From assembly GCA_951406725.2 (NCBI GenBank), contig OX597836.1:48546001-48610000 (forward strand): a stretch of 64,000 nucleotides of DNA, in the 5' to 3' direction. A model generated the notes under the pieces. That model saw nothing but the letters and a program-made list of their open reading frames with translations. It had not been told where the DNA came from and did no database searches. Every line of letters starts with the position of its first letter. Positions within the stretch are counted from its first letter, which is position 1. The translations under genes and the position numbers were made by a program. Shown here in pieces: positions 11,948-24,709 of the stretch. The DNA comes from Octopus vulgaris (Eukaryota).

Positions 11948-12958
11948 TTAAGCCAGTTGTCAGCTTCACTCGGGGTTGTGCCTGCAGATTCTATGCTCAC
12001 TGCTGTGCCCTCCTACTTGAAGCAACAATAATAAAGAGTTAAGGGGATCATTTAGTCTTAGCAAGGGCATGACTTACTAGTCGTCCTAAAAAACAGTCAC
12101 TATAATTTTTTGTGCTGATCACTGGTCCTTGGTAAAGATCTGTGACACCATGTTTTGGGCAGAGCTTTTCTTTCCAGATCATAAAGATGTGCCTACGTTT
12201 CATCCATTCACCAGATTGGAAAAAAATATAACTTCATTGACTTCAAACACTTCCAGCAGATCAGGGTAGACGCCCACCCTTCACTCCCTCAAACTGGGTG
12301 TCAATTTCCCAGGCACTCGTTTTTCCCCTTCTTCAAACTTCTTCAACTATCTGTGCACATTACGCTTATTGCTGGTGTCACCCTGGAGCCTTCTGTGGAT
12401 CTCAGACAACATGCACACCCACCCCTGTGTCAAGAACTCAATGATAGCATTTGGTTTCTTTTTGGAACTCAGTAATTTTCTTGCAGTGAAGAACAGCAGG
12501 AAAAACAGTTACTAGAGAGGGAGAGTTATTGTACCAACGTGTGCAGTTTGAGCAACCTAAGTCAGTTACTAAAAAGACATGCTCACATTTGCCTTCCTTT
12601 CACACACTTGTTTGTGTGTGTACACACAAACACATATACACACTATATATGTGATGTATGTATCAATGAGAAAATCCAAAAAGTCAGTATTCTTCAAAAT
12701 CCTTGTGGGTATTTGTTCTACACTGAGTCATTAATACTCCCTTTGTCACTGTCACCAGCAGAAATGCTGTGAATGAGCAGTTGGGCCAGCAGGAACCTGT
12801 GATCAATGATGCTAGTCTTCTCTTGCAAATTGCGATATAAAAGAAGTAAATATGGTGGCCATTTTAGGAACATACACATCTGTGATTATTTAAGTATATT
12901 CACCTGTAATTATCATCTGGTACACCTCCTTACTGTTTCCAATTTTTCTGTTTGTCAG

Positions 12959-13099
12959 GTGTAAAGTTGCATCTATATGGTTCAGTGCAGAGCGAGTTTG
13001 GTTTGAAAAGCAGTGATCTCAACATAGATTTAGAAACCCCACCTGACATGAAATTGGCAAATGGCCTGAAAATGACTTATGAAAGCCTTAAAAAATCAG
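12959..13099 (+). CDS. TUT4/7: TUT4/7 coding exon 5 (inactive NTase motif)
   Basis: GVKLHLYGSVQSEFGLKSSDLNIDL; GTCAG / GTGAGG; phase 1/1. Confidence 0.95.
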
Positions 13100-13524
13100 G
13101 TGAGGACTTCAATTTATTTCTTCTTTTATTTAATCATCTCTAAATTAAAATATTATTTTTCACTGTTGGCTTTCCTAATTTCTCCAAAGTTTTCTTTCTG
13201 TTGATACTCTTTGAGTCGTTCAACGTTGCCAGGTTTATTTCTTTTACTTTTCCAACTGTTTTCACTGATACATTTTCACCGCCATCGTCATTGTTAACGT
13301 CCACTTTTTCATGGTCGCATTTGTTGGACGGAGTTTATCGAGGCAGATCTTCTATGTCCAGATACTCTTTCTGTCACCAAACCTTCCGTTTCCAAGCAAG
13401 ATAATATTTCCCCATGGGAAGACTCGTTTTTGCAGAATATTGGAAATAAATAATATTCACGTGATATCAAGACAAGGAGATCCAAACACTCTCACACCAA
13501 CCTGCATACATATATGTACATATA

Positions 13525-13888
13525 TGGCACATAAAAAGCACTGTCCGAACATGATCGATGCCAGGCCCACCTAACTCGCTCCTGTGCCGGTGGCATGTAA
13601 AAAGTGCCATCTGAACATGGCTGATGCCAGTGCCTCATGACTGGCTCCCGTGCTGGTGGCACATAAAAAGCACCATCCAAATGTGATTGATGCCAGGCCC
13701 GCTGACTGGCTCCTGTGCTGGTGGCATGTAAAAAGCGCCCTCTACAATCTCAGAGTGGTTGGCATTAGGAAGGGCGTCCAGCTGTGGAAACCTTGCTAAA
13801 TCAGATAGGAGCCTGGTGCAGCCTCCTGGCTTGCCAAACCGTCCAATCCATGCCAGCATGGAAAACGGACGTTAAACGATGATGGTGA

Positions 13889-13890
<2 letters not shown>
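13525..13890 (+). mobile_element. RTE-type 3' tail element with internal ~65-bp tandem subrepeats
   Basis: Repeated GTGCCGGTGGCATGTAAAAAGCACC units, then the shared tail ending in (GAT)n. Confidence 0.8.
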
Positions 13891-13932
<42 letters not shown>

Positions 13933-14061
13933 ACCATACTAAATTAGACTGGAGTCTGGCATACCTTCCCAGCTTGCCCTCTCTGGTCAAACTCTCTAAC
14001 GTATGCAAGCATGGACAACAGGCGTTAAATAATGATGATGATACACATACACACCCACACA

Positions 14062-14575
14062 CATGAGGTTTGATTGAAAAGTATCGGGACCGTTGTTATG
14101 GTAACGGAGCTAAAGTATGTAGAATGAACATTCTCGCTAACTTCTGTCATTTCTAACAGTGATTGGAAGTAAGGTGTGTAGAATGTGGTCATCACAAAAA
14201 GAAAATTGGGATTCAGCTGTGCAGCTTCTCCTTATGTCAAGGAAGATGAAAACACTTTAGAAATGGTCATAACAGGTGACAAATCATGGGTCTGTGGCTA
14301 TGACTCCAGAATCAACGCTCAGTCTTTGCAATGGAAGACACAAGTTTTCAAGATGTCAAGTAGATCCAAGAGAATGCAACAAGTCAGTTGCATGCTGTCC
14401 CCCAACATAGGAGTTCCAGGAATGCTTCCATCAATTGAAATGATGCTGGATAAAGTGCATGGTTTCAGAAGAGGACTCCTTTGAAGAAGAAGGAGATTCA
14501 ATGCCAAAGAATTGATACGTGTTGTAGTTTTCTTTCTTTTGCACCAATTGTGATACTTTTTGATCCGACCTTGTA
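14062..14575 (+). mobile_element. Deleted mariner (Tc1/mariner) relic
   Basis: ORF fragment VITGDKSWVCGYDSRINAQSLQWKT matches the mariner first-Asp motif (ITGDE.W.Y.YD); imperfect TIRs ATGAGGTTTGATTGAAAAGTATC / GATACTTTTTGATCCGACCTTGTA. Confidence 0.8.
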
Positions 14576-14741
14576 TGGACATGGCGGGCTTCTTTCAGTT
14601 TCTGCCTACCAAATCCCCTCGCAGAACTTTGGTCTGACTGGGGCTATAGTACATTTACCCAAGGTGCCATGTTCCCTCTCTTTCTTCCCCCCTGTGTTTT
14701 CTCTTGTTTTGTTTCATGTTAAGTTTTCTGTATCTTTTCAG

Positions 14742-14941
14742 ACCTCTTCAAAGATGTGGAAAAGGACTTTTTGGCCAAAGTCCCGTTGGTGTATTTCCGA
14801 TCCAATGACAAGCACCAACTGTACTGTCAAATCACCGTCAACTCCATACTAGCTCGTCAAACTAGTCAGCTCCTAGGTATCTACAGCTCGATTGACATCA
14901 GAGCTAAAAAATTAGCCGTGGCATTCCGTTATTGGGCAAAG
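14742..14941 (+). CDS. TUT4/7: TUT4/7 coding exon 6
   Basis: DLFKDVEKDFLAKVPLVYF...AVAFRYWAK; TTCAG / GTTTGT; phase 1 to 0. Confidence 0.95.
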
Positions 14942-15294
14942 GTTTGTATTTTTGTAGGGGTTTTCTTGTCTTTTATCTGTGTTGTTTTGGATTGACTCAA
15001 TACAATCGGTGGAGCACTGGATGAAATGCTTTGTGCTATTTACATGCAAATACTACCAGGTTTAAGCTTACTGCTTATCCCTCTGGAATTGAGTAAAGTA
15101 CCAGTAATATACTCGGGCTGATTTTTGTCAATTGTTCCAGTGTAAAGAATTTTGGGCCTTTATTCTATGAGATTATGCCGTGTTGGTATGTGTGTGTATA
15201 CATATTCTGTATGTGTGTGTGTATGCCAGTGTGGAAGGTGGACGTGAAACGATGATGATGATGATGATGATATATGTTTGTGTGCGTGTGTGTA

Positions 15295-15720
15295 CAGATA
15301 TGGTTAGAATTTTGCTTCCTTTCCACATAGTTTTTGGTTCATTTCCACTGCATAGCACTTTGGACTAGTGTTTTCTATTATAACCCCAGGCCAACCAAAG
15401 CCTTGTGAAGAGTTTGGTAGATGAATGCTGAAAGAAGCCTGTTGGTTACATACATATGTGTGTATATGTATAAATGTGTGTGTGTGTGTCAATGTCTCCT
15501 TGCTTTGATATTGCTGGACAGTTGTGAACAAATGCCACTGTCATACAAGCAGTGTCCTTTGTTTCTGATCCTCTGCAAACCTCTCTGGTCTTGGGGAAAT
15601 ATTTTGTTACCTAGATAAGGATTGGTGACTGGAAGGGCATTTGACCATAGAAAAATCTGCCTCAGCAAATTTGCTCCAACCCATGCAAGCATGGAAAAGT
15701 GGATGTTAAAACAGTAATGG
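15295..15720 (+). mobile_element. SINE with family A head and RTE-type tail
   Basis: Same structure at about 28718-29100, 45675-46100 and 58940-59335. Confidence 0.65.
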
Positions 15721-15733
15721 TGATGGTGATAAT

Positions 15734-15765
<32 letters not shown>

Positions 15766-16472
15766 ACACAAAGACATGTCAAAAGTAAATAGACACCCCT
15801 CATTTCTGCTGTTTTGTTTGTGTGGACACTGCTTCTCAGAACGATGCCCAATCAGATCAAATCATTAAAAACAACACAAGAGCATTCTGTCTATTAAATT
15901 CTAGATTAAGAATTTGTTACAATGTTTTAATGTAGTTGCAGACTTTATTGTATATTCATTCACCAACACGTAATATATCTCTTTTTTTCTCTTCTTTTAA
16001 GCTTCTGTGACTCTCTGCGTAATATATGGCTGCACATATAACACTGTTCTGCTATCTCCAGCACACGTGTAGTTATACGTTTTGGAACCGTTCCTTTAGC
16101 CATTCACGGGGGGTTCAGATTCCACCACAACAGAATTTAAATGACATTTTGTTTCTAGAAATGAATCTTCGTAGAATAATGGTGCCTGTTTATGTGTATA
16201 TATCATCATCATCATCATAATTTTAATGTCCACTTTCCTATCTTTACAAGGATCAGGCACAAGATTATATATGAGATTGAAACTGATATCTCATGGTTAC
16301 AAAGCAACCGTCTTATCCACTTGACTGTGCCTGTAGCCTACACACACACACACACACACTAGGTATACCCAGAGTCCTTAGCTTTTTTCATTGAAGTTGC
16401 CCCTTCCAGCCGTTCATGTCCCCTTGTGTGTGTCTGTATAAATTCATTCCTCTATTTTTCGTTTCATTCTAG

Positions 16473-16586
16473 ATCTGTCGTGTCGACCGTCAACAGGAGG
16501 GAACTCTACCAGCTTACTGCACCTACTTGATGACAGTTTATTTTCTACAGAGAATCCCAAACCCTATTTTGCCTGTCTACCACGTG
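16473..16586 (+). CDS. TUT4/7: TUT4/7 coding exon 7
   Basis: ICRVDRQQEGTLPAYCTYLMTVYFLQRIPNPILPVYHV; CTAG / GTAAGA; phase 0/0. Confidence 0.95.
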
Positions 16587-18362
16587 GTAAGAATTCATAT
16601 TCTTCATTCTTTGGTTCTTATTTTCTTTTTCTTTTTTGTTTCTTGTCTCAGCTGGATCACCCACACACGCACATTTATAAATGTATGTGCATATCTACAC
16701 ATACACACTCTGATTGATATATGTATATCCACTCTCACCATCATCATCATTTAACATTTATTTTCCATGCTGGCATGGGTTGGAAGGTTTGACTGAGAAC
16801 TGGCTTCGCCAGGGGCCATGCAAGGTTCCGCTTTCTGTTTTAGGATGGTTTCTACAACTGGATGCTCTTCCTAGCACCAACCACTTTACAGAGGAGACTG
16901 GATGCTTTTTACGTGGCACCTCATGGATAGGGTCATGAAATACCTTGCAAGACAAACATGGTAAAAAAAAAAATCTCAACTGGGAGAGGAGAGTAGTATT
17001 GAGTGTGGGGTGGGTGGCTTTGTGCCAGTTGAGAGATTAAAGGTACAGAGCGATAGAGATAGGTGTCTTGCTGTTGGTACATGGATACATGCCAATTGGA
17101 AAGGTAAGGAGAGCGATAGTGAGAAATGTATTTATATCTACATACACACACTGAGAGTAATTGGTCAGTGTCAATAATAATAATAATAATAATAATAATA
17201 GATGCCCTGATGCAGTACCAGGCTTCTCATGGCTTCTCATCTTAAATGATTGGAAGTGTTATCATGTACATAGTTTTATCTTGGTATAAAAGATGGGCTG
17301 CAGCAAATATTTTGCTCAATACCACAGATTTGTTAGTCAGTTGCTTGACTGTAACCAGTTGAGCATGTCCCTTAATGGCTGACGATATGTGCATCCTTGA
17401 TCACAAGCAGAGCTAGTTGGGGAGCATCATAACCATGTGTTGAGAGGGATTCTTTGGGGTTTGGATAATTCACCTTTGGAAACATTGCTGTTTTTTTGTC
17501 CACCATCCTTAAACAATCCTTATTTAGGGACCTTTTATGCTGGATGGGCTACACGACCTGAAGAAAATTCTAACTGGGCCCCACTTCAAAGGTCATGCGC
17601 TTTTTATCATGTTATGAGATCACTATGTCACCCACACATATGGTTGTGATGCATGTGCCTGGTGTACCCTTATCAGATGGGTATACTTGGGCTTCGTGTA
17701 TTTGTACCCCAGTGTCACTCTGATGGTATGCACTGCTCTCTCACTCAATAATAATAATGTTGATGCCGCCAGCTACTGTTTGCTGTCCTTGATAGTCATG
17801 TGACTGGTTTGCTCTTTTTGTCAGCTTCATTATTTAGTAAATGACATGAAATAAATGAAAAAATAAAAGCAATAAGAATGGTTAAACTCTGGATTTGATG
17901 CTTGACCAAAATCTAGTTTATTAATTTACCATCCTCTGTTCAAACCCACCTAGTGTTGTCATCATCATTATTTAGCATCTGCTTTCCATGCTGGTATTGT
18001 TTAGATGGTTTGACTGGAATTGGTAAGCTGGGGAGCTGCACCAGGTTCCAGTCTGATTCAGCATGGTTTCTGCGGCTGGATGCCCTTCCTAATGCCAACC
18101 TAACGTTACACTCCAGGAGTGTAATGGATGGTTTTTTTGTGCCAGTCATGTGACACTGGCATCGGCCATGACTACAATTTCACTTGGCTTCACGGGTTTT
18201 AATAAAAAATAAATACCAGTGATACACTTGGTGTCAGTTCACTCAAGCATTGTATTTTCATGTGTATTTTGGCTTTGGCCAAAATACACATGAAATGTGA
18301 AAATGACCGAGACCTTCTGGTAGGTTCCCTCACCAGCTTCACACACACACACACACACATGC

Positions 18363-18397
<35 letters not shown>

Positions 18398-18430
18398 GTG
18401 ATAAGCTAAACTGTTTTTTTAATATTTCAG

Positions 18431-18484
18431 CGGGCAACAGATGAGAAACAGAGAGAGAGATTTTTTGAGACTATTACAAAAGCA
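18431..18484 (+). CDS. TUT4/7: TUT4/7 coding exon 8 (54 nt)
   Basis: RATDEKQRERFFETITKA; TTCAG / GTAAGT; phase 0/0. Supported by splice signals and position rather than a motif. Confidence 0.75.
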
Positions 18485-18660
18485 GTAAGTATATCTCCAG
18501 ATCTTACTCTTTTTTTTTTAGCTCTTTATTAATCCTTTCTAGACAAAATCTTCTGATGAATTTTCTATTTCTCTTGCTTTGCTTCCCTTCTTCATTCCTC
18601 ACCTTTTCCCAATATCATCAAGTGCCAGCTAATCATTCCACTCTTGTCTCTTCTAATCAG

Positions 18661-18832
18661 GCATCAACCTTTCAAGTGAAGAATATGTTAAATGTTGGTG
18701 AATTATGGCTGGAGATGTTGAAGTTTTACTGCCAGGGCTTCGACAGTTCCAGCACTGTCATCTCAATCAACTACGAGAACAAGTTGACCCGGGTGGCAAA
18801 GAACTGGAAGACCAAACGACTTGCCATTGAAG
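18661..18832 (+). CDS. TUT4/7: TUT4/7 coding exon 9 (PAP-associated region 1)
   Basis: NVGELWLEMLKFYCQGFD...KNWKTKRLAIE; ATCAG / GTATGT; phase 0 to 1. Confidence 0.95.
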
Positions 18833-19683
18833 GTATGTTGTCATAGTTGTAGTGCTAGTCTTGGGTAGAACTATCTCTCTGGCTATGGTTTGTTGTTGGT
18901 GACAGGGGCCAAAATGTGTTGTGTAAAGGGATTATTTTGTGTAGGGCTGACAGTGTGGTTGTGAGGAAGGGTGTATGTATTTGAATAGGTTTTAGAAATA
19001 AGAGACCTTGCCATGTTTGAGTGTGTGTGTGTGTGTGTGTGTGTGTGTTTAGCTGTTGGAAGCATGGATGTGGGTGTGTGGTTTGTTGTTTATCCCAAGG
19101 TCAGGGCTAAAACTAAAGATGTCCTTTGGTAATCATGCCATCTTTATTCATTCAAAGACAACCATGTATCTGGTACTACCCAATGTGTCTTTTTCTAAGA
19201 CAATTAAGGTACAATGTGAAAGCGGTTTGGGCTACTATTTCCAGCAAATTGTGTGACCACATAGAATCTACTCCATTGGTTTGTGTTGTTAGCTTCTGAA
19301 GTTAAGAGTGTATATGTGTGTACAAGTTTCTCTGTTGAAGGTAAAGCTATTCTAGATGCAGGTAAGAATGTTATTAGCAGCTGGAAGTAAATTAGAGTCT
19401 CTAGGTGTGTGTTTACCCTACACCAAACCTGATCGAACAAACCCATGGTCAAAGGTATTCCAGGCATGACCATTCAGATATTTTCAGCATGTATCATAGA
19501 CTACATTATACAGTGTTTTATTAAGACAGTAGGGTGTTATTTGTTGAAGGGAGGGGCAATCACATACAGACTTTGTGTATTAATGAAATTGTATCGATAC
19601 CAATAATATTGGTTATCAATAATGTCGTTATCAATAACATCAATATTAATTATAAATTTAAAAACAATCTTTTCGTTACTTAG

Positions 19684-20222
19684 ATCCATTTTCTACAAAG
19701 CGAAACATTGCCAGGTCTGTGAGCGGAAGGAAGATTTTTGAGTATTTCCAAGATTGTCTTGTGAAAACTTGCCTCTACTTCGGCTTTCCGCCTACTTCCA
19801 ACTCGTCTAGCAGCAGTCCAAAGAAAGACAACAATGAACAGCAATCAGGCTCACTAACTGCAACAACAACAACTACAGCAACACAAATGAATGGTACCGA
19901 CCGGACTCCCAAAGATCCCAACTGCAAAACTCCATCCCCTAACTCATTGGCACAATCTCCTTCCAAGGGCTCTGATGACAAGGCAATGTTGGTTAATGAG
20001 GTTCATGACCCAGAACAGCAATCCACCCAGTCAACTGGATCATCTCAATGTTCAGAACCGGAGGAGGAGGAGGAGGAGGAGGATGATGATGATGAGGATG
20101 ATGAGGATGATGATGATGATGATGTAGATTCTTCAGGCAATATGCACACTTCTTCTCAACGGTCTCCCAGTAACGAGGGCTGTGCTTATGTTTTCTCCGT
20201 TGAAAACTTGTCTGATGGAAAG
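19684..20222 (+). CDS. TUT4/7: TUT4/7 coding exon 10 (end of module 1, S/T-rich and acidic linker)
   Basis: DPFSTKRNIARSV..IFEYFQDCLVKTCLYFG, poly-E/D tract, YVFSVENLSDGK; TTAG / GTGAGT; phase 1 to 0. Confidence 0.93.
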
Positions 20223-20799
20223 GTGAGTGTGGCTTTTGGTTTGGTTTCTGTTTCTAGTACTGATGTTTGCTGTTGTTTTGTTTATTCCCAGGGGTTGGCC
20301 CTGACTAAGCAGGTCAATGATTGAAGACATTCCAGCCATAACCATCCCATCTTTTCACCATACATCACATCCAGGGCTCTTTTATCCAATAATGTGTTGT
20401 TTATTTGCTTTAAGAGAGTGCGGTGTAAGTTGAGGGCAATATGATTGTTATTTCTAGTGGGTCAAGCAACCATGTACAGCTCTTCTTGTTGCTGCTGCAA
20501 GTGAGAGTGGTGCTGTTACGACACGATCAAGCAGTTTGGGGGCTAAAACACAAATACAACAGGGATTATAAAGAAATAAAACTATCGAGTCATCTCTATG
20601 TAAATTTGTCTTGCTGCAAAATTAGGCCCACAATGGCCTTTTTCTTTTTGGCAGCTTTAGACTAGAATTGAACTAACCTCTTTGCACTGTTGTTACAATT
20701 CACTGGGGCCCTCTCACATCTCTCCCTCCTAAGGGGCCAAAGTAAAGATGCAGAAAACTGCTTATTAAAATGTACACAACTCAGTTGCGTAATTGTTTC

Positions 20800-21192
20800 T
20801 AGTCTAGGCACAAGGCCTGAAATTTGGGTGAGAAGAGGTGCAGTCAATTAGATCGACCCCAGTATGCAATTGGTACTTAATTTATCGACCCCGAAAGGAT
20901 GAAAGGCAAAGTCGACCTCGGCGGAATTTGAACTCAAAACGTACAAACAGACAAAATACCTATTTCTTTACTAACCACAAGGGGCTAAACACAGAGAGGA
21001 CAAACAAGGACAGACAAACAGATTAAGTTGATTATATCGGCCCCAGTGTGTAACTGGTACTTAATTTATCGACCCTGAAAGGATGAAAGGCAAAGTCGAC
21101 CTCGGCGGAATTTGAACTCAGAACGTAACGGCAGATGAAATACAGCTACGCATTTTGCCCAGCGTGCTAACGATTCTGCCAGCTCGCCGCCT
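20800..21192 (-). mobile_element. tRNA-derived SINE (family B) with partial tandem copy
   Basis: Minus strand GGCGGCGAGCTGGCAGAATCGTTAGCACG...GAGTTCAAATTCCGCCGAGGTCGACTTTGCCTTTCATCC; core present twice. Confidence 0.85.
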
Positions 21193-21908
21193 TACTCATT
21201 TGCATAATGGTACAAGGTTGACAGATTACCAGAGCAGTGTGTGATTAGTGTTCAATTCCAGTCTGGAATCCTTCCCATTTCATATTGGCTGCAATGTGAC
21301 CACCAAGGGGCCAGGTGTGTTGTGGGGTGGGGAGTAGGTGCACCCTGGGGCATCACATTTGACTTCTCTTAAAACATTTGTAGTTTCTTGTCATTGTAAG
21401 AAATGATTGGGTAACTGGTTATCATTTAATCCCAGATCATCTTTGATTAAACAGGCTATTGATCAAAAGTATTCCAGTCATGACCATCCCAACTGATTTT
21501 TTGATATACTATATCCAAAATGCTTTCCCTTTTCTTTTTTAAGAGTGAAATTTGTTGGAGGTTTGGCTGCTATTTCTGGGATGTTCAGCATCCACATAGA
21601 GGCTGTCTTGTTTTGTGATGGGATGGGGTTGTGGCTGCAGCAAACATCAATCCATTCACCTTGTTTAGTCCTGTTCTGGTCAAGCAGCACTATGATTCAA
21701 AGGTGTGGCAACCCCATCTTTTCTATATCGTGCACAGCATTCTCCAATGTAGGGTCACTTACTTTTTCTAAATGATAGGTTGTGATTTGAGGGTGATTTG
21801 GCTGTTATTTCTCCCCAGCTACTATTTACATTTTGGGGGTTGTGGTAGATTGTGTTGCTCTTAACGTGAGCCTCTAGTGTTGTTTTTGTCTGTATCATGT
21901 CTCATTAG

Positions 21909-22056
21909 GGACCAGCAAAAGTGTGCAGCATCTGTGAGAAAGAAGGGCATTTGAAGAATGACTGTCCTGAGGAGAAACTCCCTCCTTTATTGCCCTTACC
22001 AGCCATGACCGAAGAGAGTTTGAAGCTTTTGAATGAGATGCTCATGCAAATACCAA
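21909..22056 (+). CDS. TUT4/7: TUT4/7 coding exon 11 (CCHC zinc knuckle 1)
   Basis: GPAKVCSICEKEGHLKNDCPEEKLPPLLPLPAMT; ATTAG / GTAAGT; phase 0 to 1. Confidence 0.95.
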
Positions 22057-23014
22057 GTAAGTCTTTGTTCTTTTTATGTCCATTGTTTGTTGTTGTTGTT
22101 GATTCTCCTCCGCCTCCTCCTCCTGATCAACTCTGACTGAGTGGACCTGTGATCAAAAGCATTCCAGCTTGACCATTCATTCTCTTTAGGGTTATGTAGG
22201 ACTACATTGTTTGACCCTTCAGCATTCAAATTATTCTGTCAAACAAACGTGATCTTTATTTATTCTCGTTGTTTTTCAATCAATTATCTGTTATCTCATA
22301 GCTTAGAGATTTAGGTAATGTGATTGCTTCTTTTTAGAATGTCATTGTAGGGTAGGTGAGAGAGACCAGATCTAGCCACATTGATATGGTCAGTTTAAAT
22401 GCCAAAGGATTAATGTGTCCTTTCTCTATTTAAGACAGTAGGATGTGATTTGAGAGAACGATTTTGCCTGGTATCGTTAGTTGGTCGAGTGGCCATGTAA
22501 GAGGTTCTCTTTTTGGTGTGGTCCTGTGAGGGTGCTGCGCAAGCCATGCACCCAGGCTCGGCAGATTGCTTAATTGTCGTTTGCAAGCAAATGTAATCTG
22601 GCAGCTCGTATTACGATGCTTTCACTAATTGTTTTAGGTGTCCATGATGTAGTTGTAACGAGATATAACCCCTTCCCACACCCTTGGCCCTCCCACCTTG
22701 GAGGATGTGACAGCAAAAGAGGGAGAGGAATTTGCAACAACACTAGGGTGGTACCCATTTACAGCTGAGTTAGACTGAAGCAGCTTGAAATGAAATATTT
22801 TGCACAAGGACACAATGTACTGCCCAGCCCAGGAATTGAATTCACAACCTTTTTGATCATGAGCTCAACCCACTGACCACTGACCCACCTATCATCACAG
22901 TTCCCTGTAATAAGTCTATATTTCAGACTGTTAACATCAGGTCTAGGGATAAACACTTTGTCCTTTATTTGTTTTACTCCTTGTTGTTGCTCTCATGTGC
23001 ATACATTAGTGGTC

Positions 23015-23045
<31 letters not shown>

Positions 23046-23987
23046 CATGCTAGCATGGAAAACGGACGTTAAACAATGATGATGATGAAAAAAATTATGG
23101 TTGATAGTTTAAAATCTGTCCTGTGCATATCCAGAAATAAAACATATTTGTTGATGATCAGAGATGGAAACTGATTGTAATGTGGCCGAGGGGTAAAACA
23201 TTGAAACCCTTCTAATCTTTAAAAACAGGATTAATAGTAATAAAAAAAAGAAAATTATAATGTTATTGTTAATAATATTAATAATAACTTGTGTATGATA
23301 TTTAGGTTTTTATTCTCCTGTAAGTTTCCAAGTAAGGTAAATATTTGCCCAAAACAGGACAGGTTTACATTGAAGATTGGAAATGGGAAAAAACACTGTC
23401 TGCATGATGATGATGATGATGGTGGTGATGATGATGATGCTTGTTAACAACTGTCACATGATGTCAAAACAAAGAAACAAACACACACACACACACACAG
23501 AGACACCTGATGAGGATTCTTTCAATTCCCATCTATCAAATCCGCTTGCAATACTTGGGTTGGTCTGGCTCAATAATAGTGCTCCAAGTGAGATTGAACA
23601 TGGAGTCACATGGTTGGAAAGTAAACTTCTTCACCACATAGCTTCTGTGTGTGTGTGTGTGTGTGTGTTTCTCCAAACGTCACTGTGCTTCAGGTGGTGA
23701 CAGGATCACTTCTGATGTCAGCATATCATCTGCTGGCTTTGCACCTTTTTCAGATAGGAAATAAGAAACCCCTCATTTGAAAAACAAGTAAAGGCATTTG
23801 GCTGTAGAACAATACTTCAAAAGTATATTTGTCTAACCCATGCTAGCATGGGAAAGTGGATGTGAAAACGAATTAGCAAATGAAGTCAATATTTACTGTG
23901 TTGTCCCGTGCTCCGCTGCATGCAATTCATCGCTGACAATGTTGTTGGTGGACTTACTGATCTCTTGGTTGTATATTCTGTTGACAG

Positions 23988-24074
23988 AAGATCTTGGTCC
24001 CACAGACTTGAGCACCGAAGACAGGGAGAAGATAGTTAAAGGTTTGGAATGTCTCATCCGAGAATGGTACCCAG
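23988..24074 (+). CDS. TUT4/7: TUT4/7 coding exon 12
   Basis: KDLGPTDLSTEDREKIVKGLECLIREWYP; GACAG / GTATTA; phase 1/1. Confidence 0.9.
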
Positions 24075-24398
24075 GTATTATTTCACTTTTTATTGTTTTA
24101 TGTTTCCTTCTCTCTTTCAAAAATCTTTCTTCATTTCTTTCCTTCCCCCCTCTCTCTCTCTCACCTTTATTCTCTTAAACTTTCTCTCCTGTATGTATGT
24201 ATGTCTCTGTCTCTCTACTTTGTCCCTTCATTCTCTTACTCCCTATTTCTCCTCTAATCGCATTCCTCTCTCCCACCTCACTTCCCCTTCCCCTCCCCAT
24301 CCAGTCTCTACTCCCTCCCCCCACCCTCTCTCTCTCTGCCTTCTCTCTTCTCTTCTCTACCAACTAAAATATTCAATTGTTTTCTCCCCCCATTACAG

Positions 24399-24499
24399 AA
24401 GCTCGTCTACATTTATTTGGTTCCTCCTGCAATGGATTTGGCTTTCAGAATAGTGACCTCGACATCTGCATTACATTCTGTAACCACCAAAACGCTGAT
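24399..24499 (+). CDS. TUT4/7: TUT4/7 coding exon 13 (catalytic GSS..DLD)
   Basis: EARLHLFGSSCNGFGFQNSDLDICITF; TACAG / GTAAGT; phase 1 to 0. Too short for the ORF track. Confidence 0.97.
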
Positions 24500-24709
24500 G
24501 TAAGTATCACATCTCCCTCATCACTGCAACTCTGACTGCCTGTCCCCATCTCAGCCTGATCCTTCTCTCCTATTGTCTTTCATTTACCAGGCACTTCACT
24601 AATCCCTCTCTCCAATCTTGCTTCTTCTAACTAATCCATTAAACAACAAAATTACTGGCAGCAACTGTGGACAATGATGGGCGTGACACATTGACAACAA
24701 GGTTTATCT

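Noticed and set aside
17200-17755. Possible distinct repeat bounded by (TAA)n runs
   Set aside because: Looks like an interspersed repeat, but there is only one copy here and no diagnostic motif, so I left it unclassified.
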